The notes below the pieces were generated by a model that ran no database searches, was not told the DNA's origin, and saw nothing but the letters and a program-made list of their open reading frames with translations. Below are positions 1 through 8,967 of a stretch of 64,000 nucleotides of DNA, piece by piece (the first letter of the stretch is position 1; every line of letters begins with the position of its first letter). This DNA comes from Dehalococcoidia bacterium (lineage in GTDB: Bacteria; Chloroflexota; Dehalococcoidia; DSTF01; RBG-16-68-14): the NCBI GenBank assembly GCA_040882355.1, contig JBBEBM010000052.1, positions 1 through 64,000 of the forward strand, given 5' to 3'. The position numbers were made by a program, and so were the translations under genes.

Positions 1-1034
1 AAGGGCCGGACGCGCTCCGCTACGGCGGCCACCAGGGCTACGAGGGCCTGCGCGACTGGCTCGCCCAGGAGTGGGGCGGGCGCGACGGCATGGCTCTCAC
101 CGCGGCCAACTTCACGATCACCAACGGCGTCTCGGGCGCGCTCGCCAACGTCTGTGAAGCGTTCCTGGACGAAGGCGACATCGGGCTGATCGAGTCGCCG
201 ACGTACCCGGGCGGCGCCGGCACGATCCGCGGCTGCCTGGGCGATACGGAGCCCGTCACCGCCGACAACCGGGGCATCGTGCCCAACGCGCTGGAGGAGA
301 CGATCTCGCGGCTGAAGGGCGAAGGGCGCCGCGTCAAGCTGATCTACACGATCCCGACGTTCCAGAACCCGACCGGCGTCGCGATGACGCTCGAGCGACG
401 GAATGCCGTCGTCGAGATCTGCCAGCGACACGAAGTGCTGATCGTCGAGGACGACGCCTACGGCGACGTGCGCTTCGAGGGCGAGCGGCTACCGTCACTC
501 TTCGCGGTCGCAGGCGGCGAGGGCGCGGTCTTCCTGGGCACGTTCAGCAAGACGGTCGCGACGGGCCTGCGCATCGGCTGGGTGCTCGGCAGCGAGCCGG
601 TCATCGAGGCACTCGTGAAGATGCGCTTCGACATGGGCGTGAGCCCCTGGCCGCAGCGCGTGCTCGCCGAGTACGGCTCGAGCGGCATGTGGGCCAAACA
701 CGTCGCGAAGATGAACGACGTCTACCGACGCAAGCGCGACACGCTGGTGCAGGCGCTGGAGGAACGCTGCTCTCGCTACCTGACCTGGAACACGCCGGAG
801 GGCGGCTACTTCCTCTGGCTCAGGCTCTCAGACGACGTCGACCCGGCAAAGCTGGGCCAGGCTGCGCGCGAGATCGGCGTCTCGTTCGTCGGCGGGCAGG
901 CGTTCAAGCGCGACGACGAAGGCCGGCGGTACATCCGGCTCGCCTTCAGCTTCGTGAACGAGCAGGAGATCCCGGAAGGGATCATGCGCCTGGGTCGAGC
1001 GCTGGAGCAGGCGTCAGGCGGCGGCGCGAAGTAA
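1..1034 (+). CDS. PLP-dependent aminotransferase, class I/II (LysN/ARO8/MocR-like); 5' end lies outside the window
   Basis: The frame is open to the window edge (..ALRYGGHQGYEGLR..). Motifs YTIPTFQNPTG, IVEDDAY and GTFSKTVATGLRIGW (PLP lysine). Confidence 0.9.
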   Translation, partial: GPDALRYGGHQGYEGLRDWLAQEWGGRDGMALTAANFTITNGVSGALANVCEAFLDEGDIGLIESPTYPGGAGTIRGCLGDTEPVTADNRGIVPNALEETISRLKGEGRRVKLIYTIPTFQNPTGVAMTLERRNAVVEICQRHEVLIVEDDAYGDVRFEGERLPSLFAVAGGEGAVFLGTFSKTVATGLRIGWVLGSEPVIEALVKMRFDMGVSPWPQRVLAEYGSSGMWAKHVAKMNDVYRRKRDTLVQALEERCSRYLTWNTPEGGYFLWLRLSDDVDPAKLGQAAREIGVSFVGGQAFKRDDEGRRYIRLAFSFVNEQEIPEGIMRLGRALEQASGGGAK

Positions 1035-1068
1035 GCGCAATCAACCGCTACGGCGCAAGGAGCGTGCC

Positions 1069-1368
1069 ATGTCTCCCACCACCCGCGCGGTGCCACGACC
1101 GTTCAACTACCACTGGGGCAGCGGCCAGGTCGTCGAAGAGGCGTCCTACACCGGCGAGCATCACGAGCCGGCGATCCAGCTCCTGCAGTACGATGAGGGC
1201 GAGGCGGCGGGCGGCTGGCAGGTGCGCTTCTGCTTCTACAACCGCGATGGCCGCTTCCAGCGCTCGCCGCTCATCGTCGGGCAGGAGGAGATCGACGGCC
1301 TGCGGGCGGCGCTCGCGGAAGCACCGCGACTGCGCGAGCTCCTGCGCCGGTTGGTGAGCGATGCTTGA
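1069..1368 (+). CDS. hypothetical protein (99 aa)
   Basis: AAGGAG RBS upstream; typical GC3-rich codon use; overlaps the next gene start. Confidence 0.75.
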   Translation: MSPTTRAVPRPFNYHWGSGQVVEEASYTGEHHEPAIQLLQYDEGEAAGGWQVRFCFYNRDGRFQRSPLIVGQEEIDGLRAALAEAPRLRELLRRLVSDA

Positions 1369-2089
1369 GCCCGAGCCGCAAGACGACCTCCTGAGCCGGC
1401 CCGAGTTCCGCGCGGGCGCATCGGCCGTTGTCGGTGGGGTGGTGGGCGGCCTGATCGTCCTGATCGTCGTGCTCATGTTCGGCGGCGACGACGGCGGCAA
1501 CGGCGATGACGAGCAGGTCGTGACGACTCCTGCCGCGGCGACGGCGACGCAGGCCGCAGGCGCCACCCCTCAACCCAGCGCCGCGCCCACCGTCACCACG
1601 ACGCCCGCCGGCCCGACCGACCCCGTCGAAGCGCTGGAGGCGTTCCTCAGCGACGAGTTCGGCGAGCCGCACATCGGCGACTGCCCGCAGGAGATCCCGC
1701 CCAGCGGCGTGCCCGACGGCTACTGCTCTACCAATATCAACGACTCCAACGACCTGAAGGCGTATTTCATCGGCCCGCCGTTCAGCGAGGGCGTCGGCGA
1801 GGTCGTGCTGACGCGGAGGCCGGACGGCTCTTGGGACGCGACGTTCGTCGCAGCACCGCCGCTGGGCGAGCTGATCTCCGTCGGGAAGGACGCGATGGTC
1901 TACGGCACCGGGAGCTGCCTCCGCTTCCATCCGGAGCCCAAGCAGGATAGCCCCGTCACGACTTGCAAGTTCGACGGCACGACCGCGCCGGTCGTCGAGG
2001 GCCCCGTCGAAGACGGCGACGTGACCTGGTGGCGGCTGGAAGGCCTCGGCTGGGGGAGCGGTCAGTTCCTGAGCCCGCCCGCTCCGTAG
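1361..2089 (+). CDS. membrane-anchored protein with Pro/Thr linker and C-terminal SH3b-like domain
   Basis: N-terminal TM helix and TPAAAT..PT linker; C-terminal CLRFHPEP...VVEGPVE.DGDVTWWRL..GWGSGQFL resembles bacterial SH3. Confidence 0.65.
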   Translation: MLEPEPQDDLLSRPEFRAGASAVVGGVVGGLIVLIVVLMFGGDDGGNGDDEQVVTTPAAATATQAAGATPQPSAAPTVTTTPAGPTDPVEALEAFLSDEFGEPHIGDCPQEIPPSGVPDGYCSTNINDSNDLKAYFIGPPFSEGVGEVVLTRRPDGSWDATFVAAPPLGELISVGKDAMVYGTGSCLRFHPEPKQDSPVTTCKFDGTTAPVVEGPVEDGDVTWWRLEGLGWGSGQFLSPPAP

Positions 2090-2110
2090 GGGAGGCCTTC
2101 TAGGCCTCCC
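2085..2110. repeat. GTAG-type REP-like hairpin between convergent genes
   Basis: cGTAGgggaggcct-tct-aggcctccc; its TAG is the stop codon of 1361..2089. Confidence 0.55.
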
Positions 2111-2137
2111 GCTGCGCCGCCTCGGAAGCCCGCGAAC

Positions 2138-2782
2138 CTACTCCGCGCCAGCACCCGCCTCGGGCGTGCCGAGCGAGACCGGCGTGGGGAAGGGCGGGAG
2201 CGGCAGCGGCACCTCGTGCACCTCACCGAGCTGGCCCAGATCGTACTCATCGTGGCCCCAGAACATCTCCGTCCCGCGCTCCCCCAGCGGGACAACGATC
2301 CACAGCCTCGTGAAGATTTGTGGAGTAGGCTCGGCGAATGCACCAATTGAACCCGTCCGGAACCGACCGGATGCAACGAAGATCACCGCTGACGCATCAT
2401 CCGCCACCGCCCAGGAGCTGTCCTCGCGGTCGGGGTCGAGCACGGCGCGCGCGTCACCAATCGTCGCCTGCACGTAGGAAAGAGAATCGGGTTCGACAAG
2501 CACCAGGGGCGGCTTGAAGGAAAGCATATCGCGAGCGAAGCCGGCCGCCTCCTCTACGTCGTCTGCAGCATCCTTGAGCACGTAGTCCCAGGTGGGAACC
2601 GGAGCGGGTGTTGGAAAGTTCGTCGGGATAATGAGATCCCTCGGAAGCCCTGTAGGGAAATCCTCAGTCGCGAACGCTTCCGACGCCGGGTCCGTGGTCG
2701 CCGTCTCTGCGCATCGCGCGCCCACACCAATCAAGGCTGTGAGCAGAGCCAAGAACGCGAGGATAGAAACGCGCGCAATCAC
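2138..2782 (-). CDS. secreted or lipoprotein-like hypothetical protein (possible immunity partner of the upstream hydrolase)
   Basis: GTG start after AGGAGG; hydrophobic signal segment followed by Cys (GARC); atypical codon use. Confidence 0.6.
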   Translation of the reverse strand: MIARVSILAFLALLTALIGVGARCAETATTDPASEAFATEDFPTGLPRDLIIPTNFPTPAPVPTWDYVLKDAADDVEEAAGFARDMLSFKPPLVLVEPDSLSYVQATIGDARAVLDPDREDSSWAVADDASAVIFVASGRFRTGSIGAFAEPTPQIFTRLWIVVPLGERGTEMFWGHDEYDLGQLGEVHEVPLPLPPFPTPVSLGTPEAGAGAE

Positions 2783-2793
2783 ATCTGCACCTC

Positions 2794-3669
2794 CTAGTAA
2801 CACAGGAAGATCGAGTTGTCGTTATCCCACATATCGAACCCGTAGATGTAGTGGCCTTGGGTGAAGGCCGTAAAGGTCTGGTTCTTGGCTATCGCGAATG
2901 TAGTCTCGCACACGTCGTCAGTAGCGTACTGCCAAGACTGCGCGGTGAAGCCAAGACTGTTGAGGTTCGCGATTGTAATATTCAGTTCCCCTTGGTCCGC
3001 TCCCCAGAACGCGAACCAGAAGTAGTAAGCATGGAGCGTGCTCGCATCGGCGGGACCTGTGATGTCCGCCCACTGATAGGGACTGCTGTAGAAGCCCGGC
3101 ACTCCGCCGTAGCTGCTGATTTGGTCCGCGAAGCCGAGGAGTACCCACCGGTTCGTTGCCTGGTTGTCGCATCTCCACCTCGCCAAGTCGTTTGAACACG
3201 ACTGCGGGCCCGTCCAAACATGCTCAACGTCGGCGTACTGCTTGGCGACTGGTCCCGTATAGCCGGAGAGCGCAACCGCATAGACGAACATCGTGGCCTG
3301 GGCCTGTCCCCACTCATAGGCGTTGCCCGTGAAACCGCAAGTATTCTGACCGTGGTAATAACTTGTGAGAAACCAGAACGCGTTGACAGTATCGTTGTAG
3401 TACGCAGAATTGAGCGTAGCAGCTGCCCCGGCGAAGTCGTCATTGAGGGCCGTGCTTGCGGAGCAGTGACTGCTGCCGAGATTGCCGTCATGGGCATCCA
3501 AGATTCCAAATGCTATCTTGTCCCGCTCGTATCCGACGTTTCCGTCGTAGCAGCACGACGAGAAGCCACCGCTACCGAACAACGTACCAGCCAGAAGCGA
3601 CAGCGAAAGCGCCATGAGCGCAAAGAGGACCCTCCTCCGCACCTTCCTACGCTGCTCGGGCGAAGCCAT
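2794..3669 (-). CDS. secreted glycoside hydrolase, GH25/DUF1906-like (putative muramidase)
   Basis: Signal peptide; motifs ADVEH, PGFYSSPYQW, FWFAFW and SWQYA resemble GH25-type barrel lysozymes; lower GC than flanks. Confidence 0.55.
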   Translation of the reverse strand: MASPEQRRKVRRRVLFALMALSLSLLAGTLFGSGGFSSCCYDGNVGYERDKIAFGILDAHDGNLGSSHCSASTALNDDFAGAAATLNSAYYNDTVNAFWFLTSYYHGQNTCGFTGNAYEWGQAQATMFVYAVALSGYTGPVAKQYADVEHVWTGPQSCSNDLARWRCDNQATNRWVLLGFADQISSYGGVPGFYSSPYQWADITGPADASTLHAYYFWFAFWGADQGELNITIANLNSLGFTAQSWQYATDDVCETTFAIAKNQTFTAFTQGHYIYGFDMWDNDNSIFLCY

Positions 3670-3970
3670 GTGTGCCTCCGTTTCTCACACTCACCACCGC
3701 GAGGATCGCCAGCCCCAGCAAGAGCACCGGCAGGTGCGTCCCCAGCAGCGTCCATTCGGGACCGCTCGGCGCGACGCCATCGAAGATGGCTGTCACCTGC
3801 ATGTGATGGCCTGTCTCGCGAGACCAGCGCTCCCAGAACACGCCGACACCCGCGGCACCGTCGATCATGAACAGCGCGGCCGCTGGGATGAGGCGACCAT
3901 AGAACAGGGCCAGCGTAGCCAAGAAGACAAGTAGGCCGGACAGCGTTGCCAGTGAGTCCAGGTTGGGCAT
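3647..3970 (-). CDS. small multi-TM membrane protein
   Basis: 2-3 hydrophobic segments; overlaps the start of the GH25-like gene. Confidence 0.55.
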   Translation of the reverse strand: MPNLDSLATLSGLLVFLATLALFYGRLIPAAALFMIDGAAGVGVFWERWSRETGHHMQVTAIFDGVAPSGPEWTLLGTHLPVLLLGLAILAVVSVRNGGTHGFARAA

Positions 3971-4031
3971 AAGTGTTCCGCCCTTCCGCCATCCCTTAGC
4001 CTGCCGGCCAGGGTCTACCAAGCCTGCACAG

Positions 4032-4061
4032 ACAATAATCCCGCCGTGCCGGGTTTGTCAA
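4032..4061 (-). promoter_or_regulatory. sigma70-like promoter for the 3970-2138 operon
   Basis: Minus strand TTGACA-N18-TATTGT. Confidence 0.45.
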
Positions 4062-4116
4062 GAGGTCTCGCGTGAAAAGTTCGATAGGTTCTTCGGCGTG
4101 ATCTGCGGGCCGTCCC

Positions 4117-4905
4117 CTACGGCACCGGCTCGTCGCGCCACTGAGGCTCGCGCTTCTCCGCCCAGGCGCGCGGGCCTTCGCTGGAGTCGGGGTGGCCGCG
4201 CAGGCTGCCGCTGCGCTTGAGCGACGCGGCGAGCGCTTCGCTGAGCGGCATCTCCAGCGTCTCCCACATCGCGCGCACGGCCTGCTCCACGGCGGCGGGC
4301 GAGTTCGACGCCACCTTGCGCGCGATATCGAGCGCGGTGTCGCGCAGCGCTTCGGGCGTCGTCACCTCGCTGACGAGACCGAGCTGGAGCGCTCGCTGCG
4401 CGTCGATCGATTCGTGGCGGCCGGTGATCAGCATGCGCATCACGGCCTCGAACGGGATCTTGCGGGCGAGCACCACCGGCCCTACGGGCGCGAGCAGGCC
4501 GAGGCTGACGCCGGTGTTGGAGAAGCGCGCGTTCTCCGACGCGATGACGATGTCGCTGTCGCCAACGAACATCAGCCCGCCGCCGACGCAGTGCCCGTTG
4601 ACCGCGGTGATGATCGGCTTCCAGACGTCGTTCTGGCGGCCCGTGACGCCCAGGTCCATCGGCTCGCCAGCGCCGTCGCTGCGCCGCTGGAGGCCGGGGT
4701 CCCGCAGGTCGACGCCGGTGCAGAAGTAGCGGTCGCCCGAGGCGGTGAAGACGATGGCGCGCACGTCGCGGTCGTCGCGCGCCCGCTGCCAGGCGGCGGG
4801 CAGCTCTTCGCGCATCACCTTGAAGCTGAGCGAGTTGGCCTGCTCCGGCCGGTCGAGGATGATCAGGGCGACGTGGTCGATCTTCTCGTAATGGACGTCG
4901 GGCAC
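4117..4905 (-). CDS. enoyl-CoA hydratase/isomerase family protein
   Basis: FCTGVDL, KPIITAVNGHCVGGG and C-terminal EGPRAWAEKREPQW crotonase motifs. Confidence 0.92.
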   Translation of the reverse strand: MPDVHYEKIDHVALIILDRPEQANSLSFKVMREELPAAWQRARDDRDVRAIVFTASGDRYFCTGVDLRDPGLQRRSDGAGEPMDLGVTGRQNDVWKPIITAVNGHCVGGGLMFVGDSDIVIASENARFSNTGVSLGLLAPVGPVVLARKIPFEAVMRMLITGRHESIDAQRALQLGLVSEVTTPEALRDTALDIARKVASNSPAAVEQAVRAMWETLEMPLSEALAASLKRSGSLRGHPDSSEGPRAWAEKREPQWRDEPVP

Positions 4906-5010
4906 GGCGGGCTCCTCCCGGGCGATCTGCCGTCGCCTAGTGTAGCAAGAGGGGCTGGGGTGGGTAACCTCATCTGGCAGTCGATAATATAGGATGAGGG
5001 CGATGAGTCG

Positions 5011-5469
5011 ATGGTCAAACTGACAGCCAGACAGACCGCCGCCGTGTGTTGCTGGCTTGGAGCCGCTGCGGTCCTCATTGTTGGCATCATCTGGTATGTC
5101 ACGTACATGACCGGTCTCGACCCTGATGACCCGCTCTACTCCGAGTCAGCGGCCTGGGCTGTGATCCTGATCGGGGGCGGGACCTTCGCGGCAACGGTCG
5201 TTTTGGCGGGCGCCGCGCTCCTCTTTTCACCGGAGCAACGATTCCTCCGCCGGGCCTACGGGTGGGTGCTCGCCCTTTCTCTCCTCATTGCAGGAGTACT
5301 GGTTGTCGAAGGCGTCGACCGAGGTATGGGGCTAACGTTGCTGCTCCTTAGCAGCGTCTCACTTTTGGTCTTGTGGATGACGGCGGCGGTGAAATGGGAG
5401 GGACGTCCCGCACTTGCCGCCGCGCTGCTCTTGCTTGGTGGTGCAGCCTTAGTCGCGTGGACGTTCTGA
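5011..5469 (+). CDS. hypothetical membrane protein (about 5 TM)
   Basis: Multiple hydrophobic segments; lower-GC codon usage. Confidence 0.65.
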   Translation: MVKLTARQTAAVCCWLGAAAVLIVGIIWYVTYMTGLDPDDPLYSESAAWAVILIGGGTFAATVVLAGAALLFSPEQRFLRRAYGWVLALSLLIAGVLVVEGVDRGMGLTLLLLSSVSLLVLWMTAAVKWEGRPALAAALLLLGGAALVAWTF

Positions 5470-5499
5470 CGGGTCGATTACCCGCATCGAGCGCAGTCG

Positions 5500-6711
5500 C
5501 TAGCGGACGCGTGCGGGCCGGCGCCAGCCGAAGCTGCCGCCGCGACGTCCGCGGGAGCCGTTGGCGGGTCGCGCGGGCGGTGGGATGACGGGTTTGCCGT
5601 CCGCAGTCATGCGGGGAAGCTTGCGACCGAGGCCGCGCTCGATCTCGTGCCAGGTGGGCAGGTCGGCGGGCGCAAGGAGCGTGATCGCCCGTCCGGAACG
5701 GCCCATGCGGCCCGTGCGCCCAACGCGATGCGTGAACAGCTCGTGCGTGTCCGGCAGGTCGAAGTTGATCACGCGCTCGATGTGGAGCACGTCCAGGCCG
5801 CGCGCGGCGACGTTGGTCGCTACCAGCACGGGCGGCTTGCCGGCGCGGAAGCCGTTCAGCACGCGGTCTCGCTCCTGCTGGCCGAGGTTGCCCTGGATCA
5901 CGCCGACTTGATAGCCGAGACGCTGCAGACGAAGTCCAAGCTTGCGCACGCCGTGCTTCGTTCGCCCGAAGACGAGCGTCCCACCCGAGGTCGGCTCGTT
6001 CAGCAGCCGGCAGAGCACATCGACCTTGTCCTCGCTCCAGATTTCAATCACGACGTGGTCGATATCCGGCCCATCGTCCTCGCCGGCGCCGAGCTCGATC
6101 ACCTGCGGGTCGCGGAGGTACTTCGCGGCGATGCGGTGCACCCAGGCGGGCGTTGTCGCGGAGAAGAGCGCGGTCTGGCGCTCCTTTGGGGTCGCGCCCA
6201 GGATGCGCTCGATGTCGGGCGCGAAGCCGCGGTCGAGCATCTCGTCCGCCTCGTCGAGGACGAGGTAACGCACGCCGTCCAGGCGCATCGAGCCGCTGGT
6301 GAGCAGGTCGACGAGCCGGCCCGGCGTGCCGATGACGATCTGCGCCCCCTTCCTGATCGCGTCGCGCTGCGGGCCGATCGCGCGGCCGCCGTAGACGAGC
6401 ACCGTTCGCAGGCCCGTCCCGGCAACGAGCTTGGAGAGCACGCCGCCAACCTGCTGCGCCAGCTCACGCGTCGGCACGACAACGAGCGCCCGCACCTGCC
6501 GGTCGGCAGGGTCGAGCTGCTGGACGAGCGGGAGCCCGAATGCGAGCGTCTTGCCCGAACCGGTGGGCGCCTGCCCGATCACGTCGCGTCGCTGGAGGAG
6601 GAGCGGGATCGCCTGGGCCTGGATCGCCGTCGGCGTCTCGACCTCCATCGCGTCGAGCGCTTTGAGTAGTGAGGGATGAAGTTGGAATTGGTCGAATGTT
6701 GTCACAGACAT
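5500..6711 (-). CDS. DEAD-box ATP-dependent RNA helicase
   Basis: Q motif, APTGSGKT, PTRELA, TPGR, DEAD, SAT, ARGLD, HRVGRTGR. Confidence 0.97.
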   Translation of the reverse strand: MSVTTFDQFQLHPSLLKALDAMEVETPTAIQAQAIPLLLQRRDVIGQAPTGSGKTLAFGLPLVQQLDPADRQVRALVVVPTRELAQQVGGVLSKLVAGTGLRTVLVYGGRAIGPQRDAIRKGAQIVIGTPGRLVDLLTSGSMRLDGVRYLVLDEADEMLDRGFAPDIERILGATPKERQTALFSATTPAWVHRIAAKYLRDPQVIELGAGEDDGPDIDHVVIEIWSEDKVDVLCRLLNEPTSGGTLVFGRTKHGVRKLGLRLQRLGYQVGVIQGNLGQQERDRVLNGFRAGKPPVLVATNVAARGLDVLHIERVINFDLPDTHELFTHRVGRTGRMGRSGRAITLLAPADLPTWHEIERGLGRKLPRMTADGKPVIPPPARPANGSRGRRGGSFGWRRPARVR

Positions 6712-6878
6712 GCCTTTCGTCAGGGGATACCTTCTCGACGACCGGCACGAAATGCGGAGTCTGGAGGAGAGGATCGTAGCGGACGTATACTGAAGTACTC
6801 TATGTCAACATGATACCGCGAGAGCGGTTCATCTCGCAAGAGGGGAGGCGGCGCCTCAGATTCGGGCAATCGAGACCC

Positions 6879-7286
6879 CTACGCGCTGGGCCGGAAGCGG
6901 GGGAGGGAGATCTCGTCCGAAACGGCCTCGAACGTGACCTGGACGGACAGTCCGACGGCGAGCAGAGCGAGGTCGGCCGAGCGGTCCCAGTTGGCCATGA
7001 CCCGCACCCCCTCCTCCAGGTCGACAAGGAGGACGGCGTAGGGCGCCCAGTCTCGAAAGGGGGGAGCCGGGTTCTGATGGACGACGGAGTAGGTGTGGAC
7101 GGTACCCCGCCCGCTCGTCTCCAGCCACTCCGTCTGATCCGACCAGCAGCGCGGGCAGTAGCGGCGGGGGTAGAAGTAGGGGCGGTCGCAGGCGCGGCAG
7201 TGCATGATCAGCAGCCGGCCTTCGCGGCAGGCCTGCCAGAAGCGCTCCGACTCCGTGTCGAGCTGCGGCAGGTACCAGTCGTTCAT
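6879..7286 (-). CDS. Zn-ribbon/OB-fold protein (DUF35), partner of the thiolase-like protein
   Basis: CRAC...CPRC zinc ribbon; SGRGTVHTYSVVH...PYAVLLVDLEEGVRVM. Confidence 0.92.
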   Translation of the reverse strand: MNDWYLPQLDTESERFWQACREGRLLIMHCRACDRPYFYPRRYCPRCWSDQTEWLETSGRGTVHTYSVVHQNPAPPFRDWAPYAVLLVDLEEGVRVMANWDRSADLALLAVGLSVQVTFEAVSDEISLPRFRPSA

Positions 7287-7292
7287 CCGCGC

Positions 7293-8441
7293 TCAGTCCT
7301 TCGCCAGCACGACGGTCGTGCAGTGCGACATGTAGCCGCCGGTGGCGTTGCAGACGGCGATGCGCGCATCGGGGACCTGCGCCGTCGATTCGCCGCGGAG
7401 CTGTCGGGCGGCCTCGATGAGCAGGAAGATGCCGCGCATGCCGGGGTGGTTGCTGGAGAGACCGCCGCCGTCGGTGTTCGTGGGCAGCGCGCCGTCGTGG
7501 GCCAGCTTGCCGTCCTCTACGAACGGACCACCTTCGCCGGGCGCGCAGAAGCCGAGCGCCTCCAGCGTCATCAGCGCCATGATCGTGAACGCGTCGTAGA
7601 TCTCCAGCACGTCCACGTCCTTGGGCGCGATGCCCGCCTCGGCGAAGGCGGCCGGGCCGGAGCGCGCGGCGGGCGACACGGTCAGATCCTCCATCTGCGA
7701 CATCGTGAGGTGCGATTCGGCGCTGGCCGAGCCGATCACCCAGACCGGCGGCTTGCGCAGCGAGCGCGCGCGTTCCGCGGTCGTCAGGAGAATGGCGCCG
7801 CCGCCGTCGGTGCGGAGGCAGCAGTCGAGCAGGTGGAGCGGGTCGGCTATCAGCTTCGAGCTGAGCACGTCGTCGACGGTGATCGGGTCGCGCATAACGG
7901 CGTTCGGGTTGCGACCGGCGTTCTTGCGCGTGGCGACCGCGATCGCTGCGAGCTGCTCCGACGTCGTGCCGTACTGGTGCATGTGGCGGCGCGCGATCAT
8001 CGCGTACTTGCTGATCAGCGTCGGGCCGAAGGGCACTTCGTACTGGTTCGGCCCGCGCGGGCTGAGGGCGGCGTCGGCGGAGCGAAAACGGCGCGCGACG
8101 TCCGATTTGGCGGTCGAGGCGTACACGAGCAGCGCTGTCGAGCACTTGCCGCCGGCGATCGCGAGGAACGCGTGCTCGACGAACGTCTCCCACGACGAGC
8201 CGCCGACGAGCGTGCCGTCCATGAAGCGCGGGTGGAGGCCCAGGTACTCGCTGAGCTGGAGGATGTGCATCGGGTCGGTGCCGCCGCAGGAGAAGAGCCC
8301 GTCGATCTCATCCTTCGAAACGCCGGCGTCCTCGATGGCGCGGACGGCGGCCTGGGCGTGCAGCTCGTGCACCGTCTTGTCGGGCACGGTGCCCAAGTCG
8401 GACTCGGCGACGCCGACAATGGCGACCTTGCGGTCAGGCAT
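7293..8441 (-). CDS. thiolase-like protein (SCP-x/Ltp2 type)
   Basis: VAIVGV, DCCLRTDGGGA, EIYDAFT and NTDGGGLS.NHPG; adjacent DUF35 gene. The usual N-terminal catalytic Cys position reads VGGSS. Confidence 0.9.
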   Translation of the reverse strand: MPDRKVAIVGVAESDLGTVPDKTVHELHAQAAVRAIEDAGVSKDEIDGLFSCGGTDPMHILQLSEYLGLHPRFMDGTLVGGSSWETFVEHAFLAIAGGKCSTALLVYASTAKSDVARRFRSADAALSPRGPNQYEVPFGPTLISKYAMIARRHMHQYGTTSEQLAAIAVATRKNAGRNPNAVMRDPITVDDVLSSKLIADPLHLLDCCLRTDGGGAILLTTAERARSLRKPPVWVIGSASAESHLTMSQMEDLTVSPAARSGPAAFAEAGIAPKDVDVLEIYDAFTIMALMTLEALGFCAPGEGGPFVEDGKLAHDGALPTNTDGGGLSSNHPGMRGIFLLIEAARQLRGESTAQVPDARIAVCNATGGYMSHCTTVVLAKD

Positions 8442-8643
8442 CGTCCAGTCCAGCAACTCGGAGTGTCTGACTCACCAGGTCTGTCAGATTCTTCGCTTCG
8501 CTCAGAATGACAGGGTGCGCGACGCCAGCGTCGGCGATGGCGCGGACGGCGGCCTGAGCGTGCAACTCGTGCACGGTCTTGTCGGGCACGGTGCCGAAGG
8601 CGGACTCGGCGACACCAACAATGGCGACCTTGCGGTCAGGCAT
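8434..8643 (-). CDS. 69-aa mini-ORF: thiolase N-terminus plus repeat-derived tail (copy 2)
   Basis: MPDRKVAIVGVAESAFG...ILSEAKNL...GLDDA*; its stop overlaps the thiolase ATG (ATGCCTGA). Confidence 0.45.
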   Translation of the reverse strand: MPDRKVAIVGVAESAFGTVPDKTVHELHAQAAVRAIADAGVAHPVILSEAKNLTDLVSQTLRVAGLDDA

Positions 8644-8845
8644 CGTCCAGTCCAGCAACTCGGAGTGTCTGACTCACCAGGTCTGTCAGATTCTTCGCTT
8701 CGCTCAGAATGACAGGGTGCGCGACGCCAGCGTCGGCGATGGCGCGGACGGCGGCCTGAGCGTGCAACTCGTGCACGGTCTTGTCGGGCACGGTGCCGAA
8801 GTCGGACTCGGCGACGCCAACGATGGCGACCTTGCGGTCAGGCAT
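8636..8845 (-). CDS. 69-aa mini-ORF: thiolase N-terminus plus repeat-derived tail (copy 3, carries the strong RBS)
   Basis: AAGGAG 5 nt upstream of ATG 8845; its stop overlaps the ATG of copy 2. Confidence 0.5.
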   Translation of the reverse strand: MPDRKVAIVGVAESDFGTVPDKTVHELHAQAAVRAIADAGVAHPVILSEAKNLTDLVSQTLRVAGLDDA

Positions 8846-8916
8846 CGACGCTCCTTGTCGAAGGCCAGGCTCTAGCCTGGCGATGAGCGGCGGCGTGTCT
8901 CGATCGGGGCCACGAA

Positions 8917-8947
8917 AGATGCTTCGCTTCGCTCAGCATGACAGGGT
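8917..8947 (-). repeat. GTCATNCTGAGCGAAGCGAAG-type dispersed repeat (also about 8485-8517 and 8687-8719; a related copy at about 61038-61064)
   Basis: Minus-strand accctgtcat(g/t)ctgagcgaagcgaag(c/a)atc occurs three times. Confidence 0.75.
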
Positions 8948-8967
8948 CGGCACCCAGCCTCCAGCCT

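Larger units (their letters stand above)
8320..8847 (-). repeat. 202-bp tandem repeat (about 2.6 units) containing the thiolase 5' end and a REP-like element
   Basis: ATG copies at 8441, 8643 and 8845; the copies differ by a few substitutions. Confidence 0.95.

Noticed and set aside
6810..8510. 566-aa plus-strand ORF, and similar long ORFs at 24309-26519, 29204-31009, 44171-45847 and 51915-53792
   Set aside because: Antisense shadows of well-supported genes in high-GC DNA; no motifs and Arg/Gly-rich composition.
8320..8847. Possible CRISPR array
   Set aside because: The units are 202 bp, near-identical throughout with no unique spacers, derive from a coding 5' end, and no cas genes are present.
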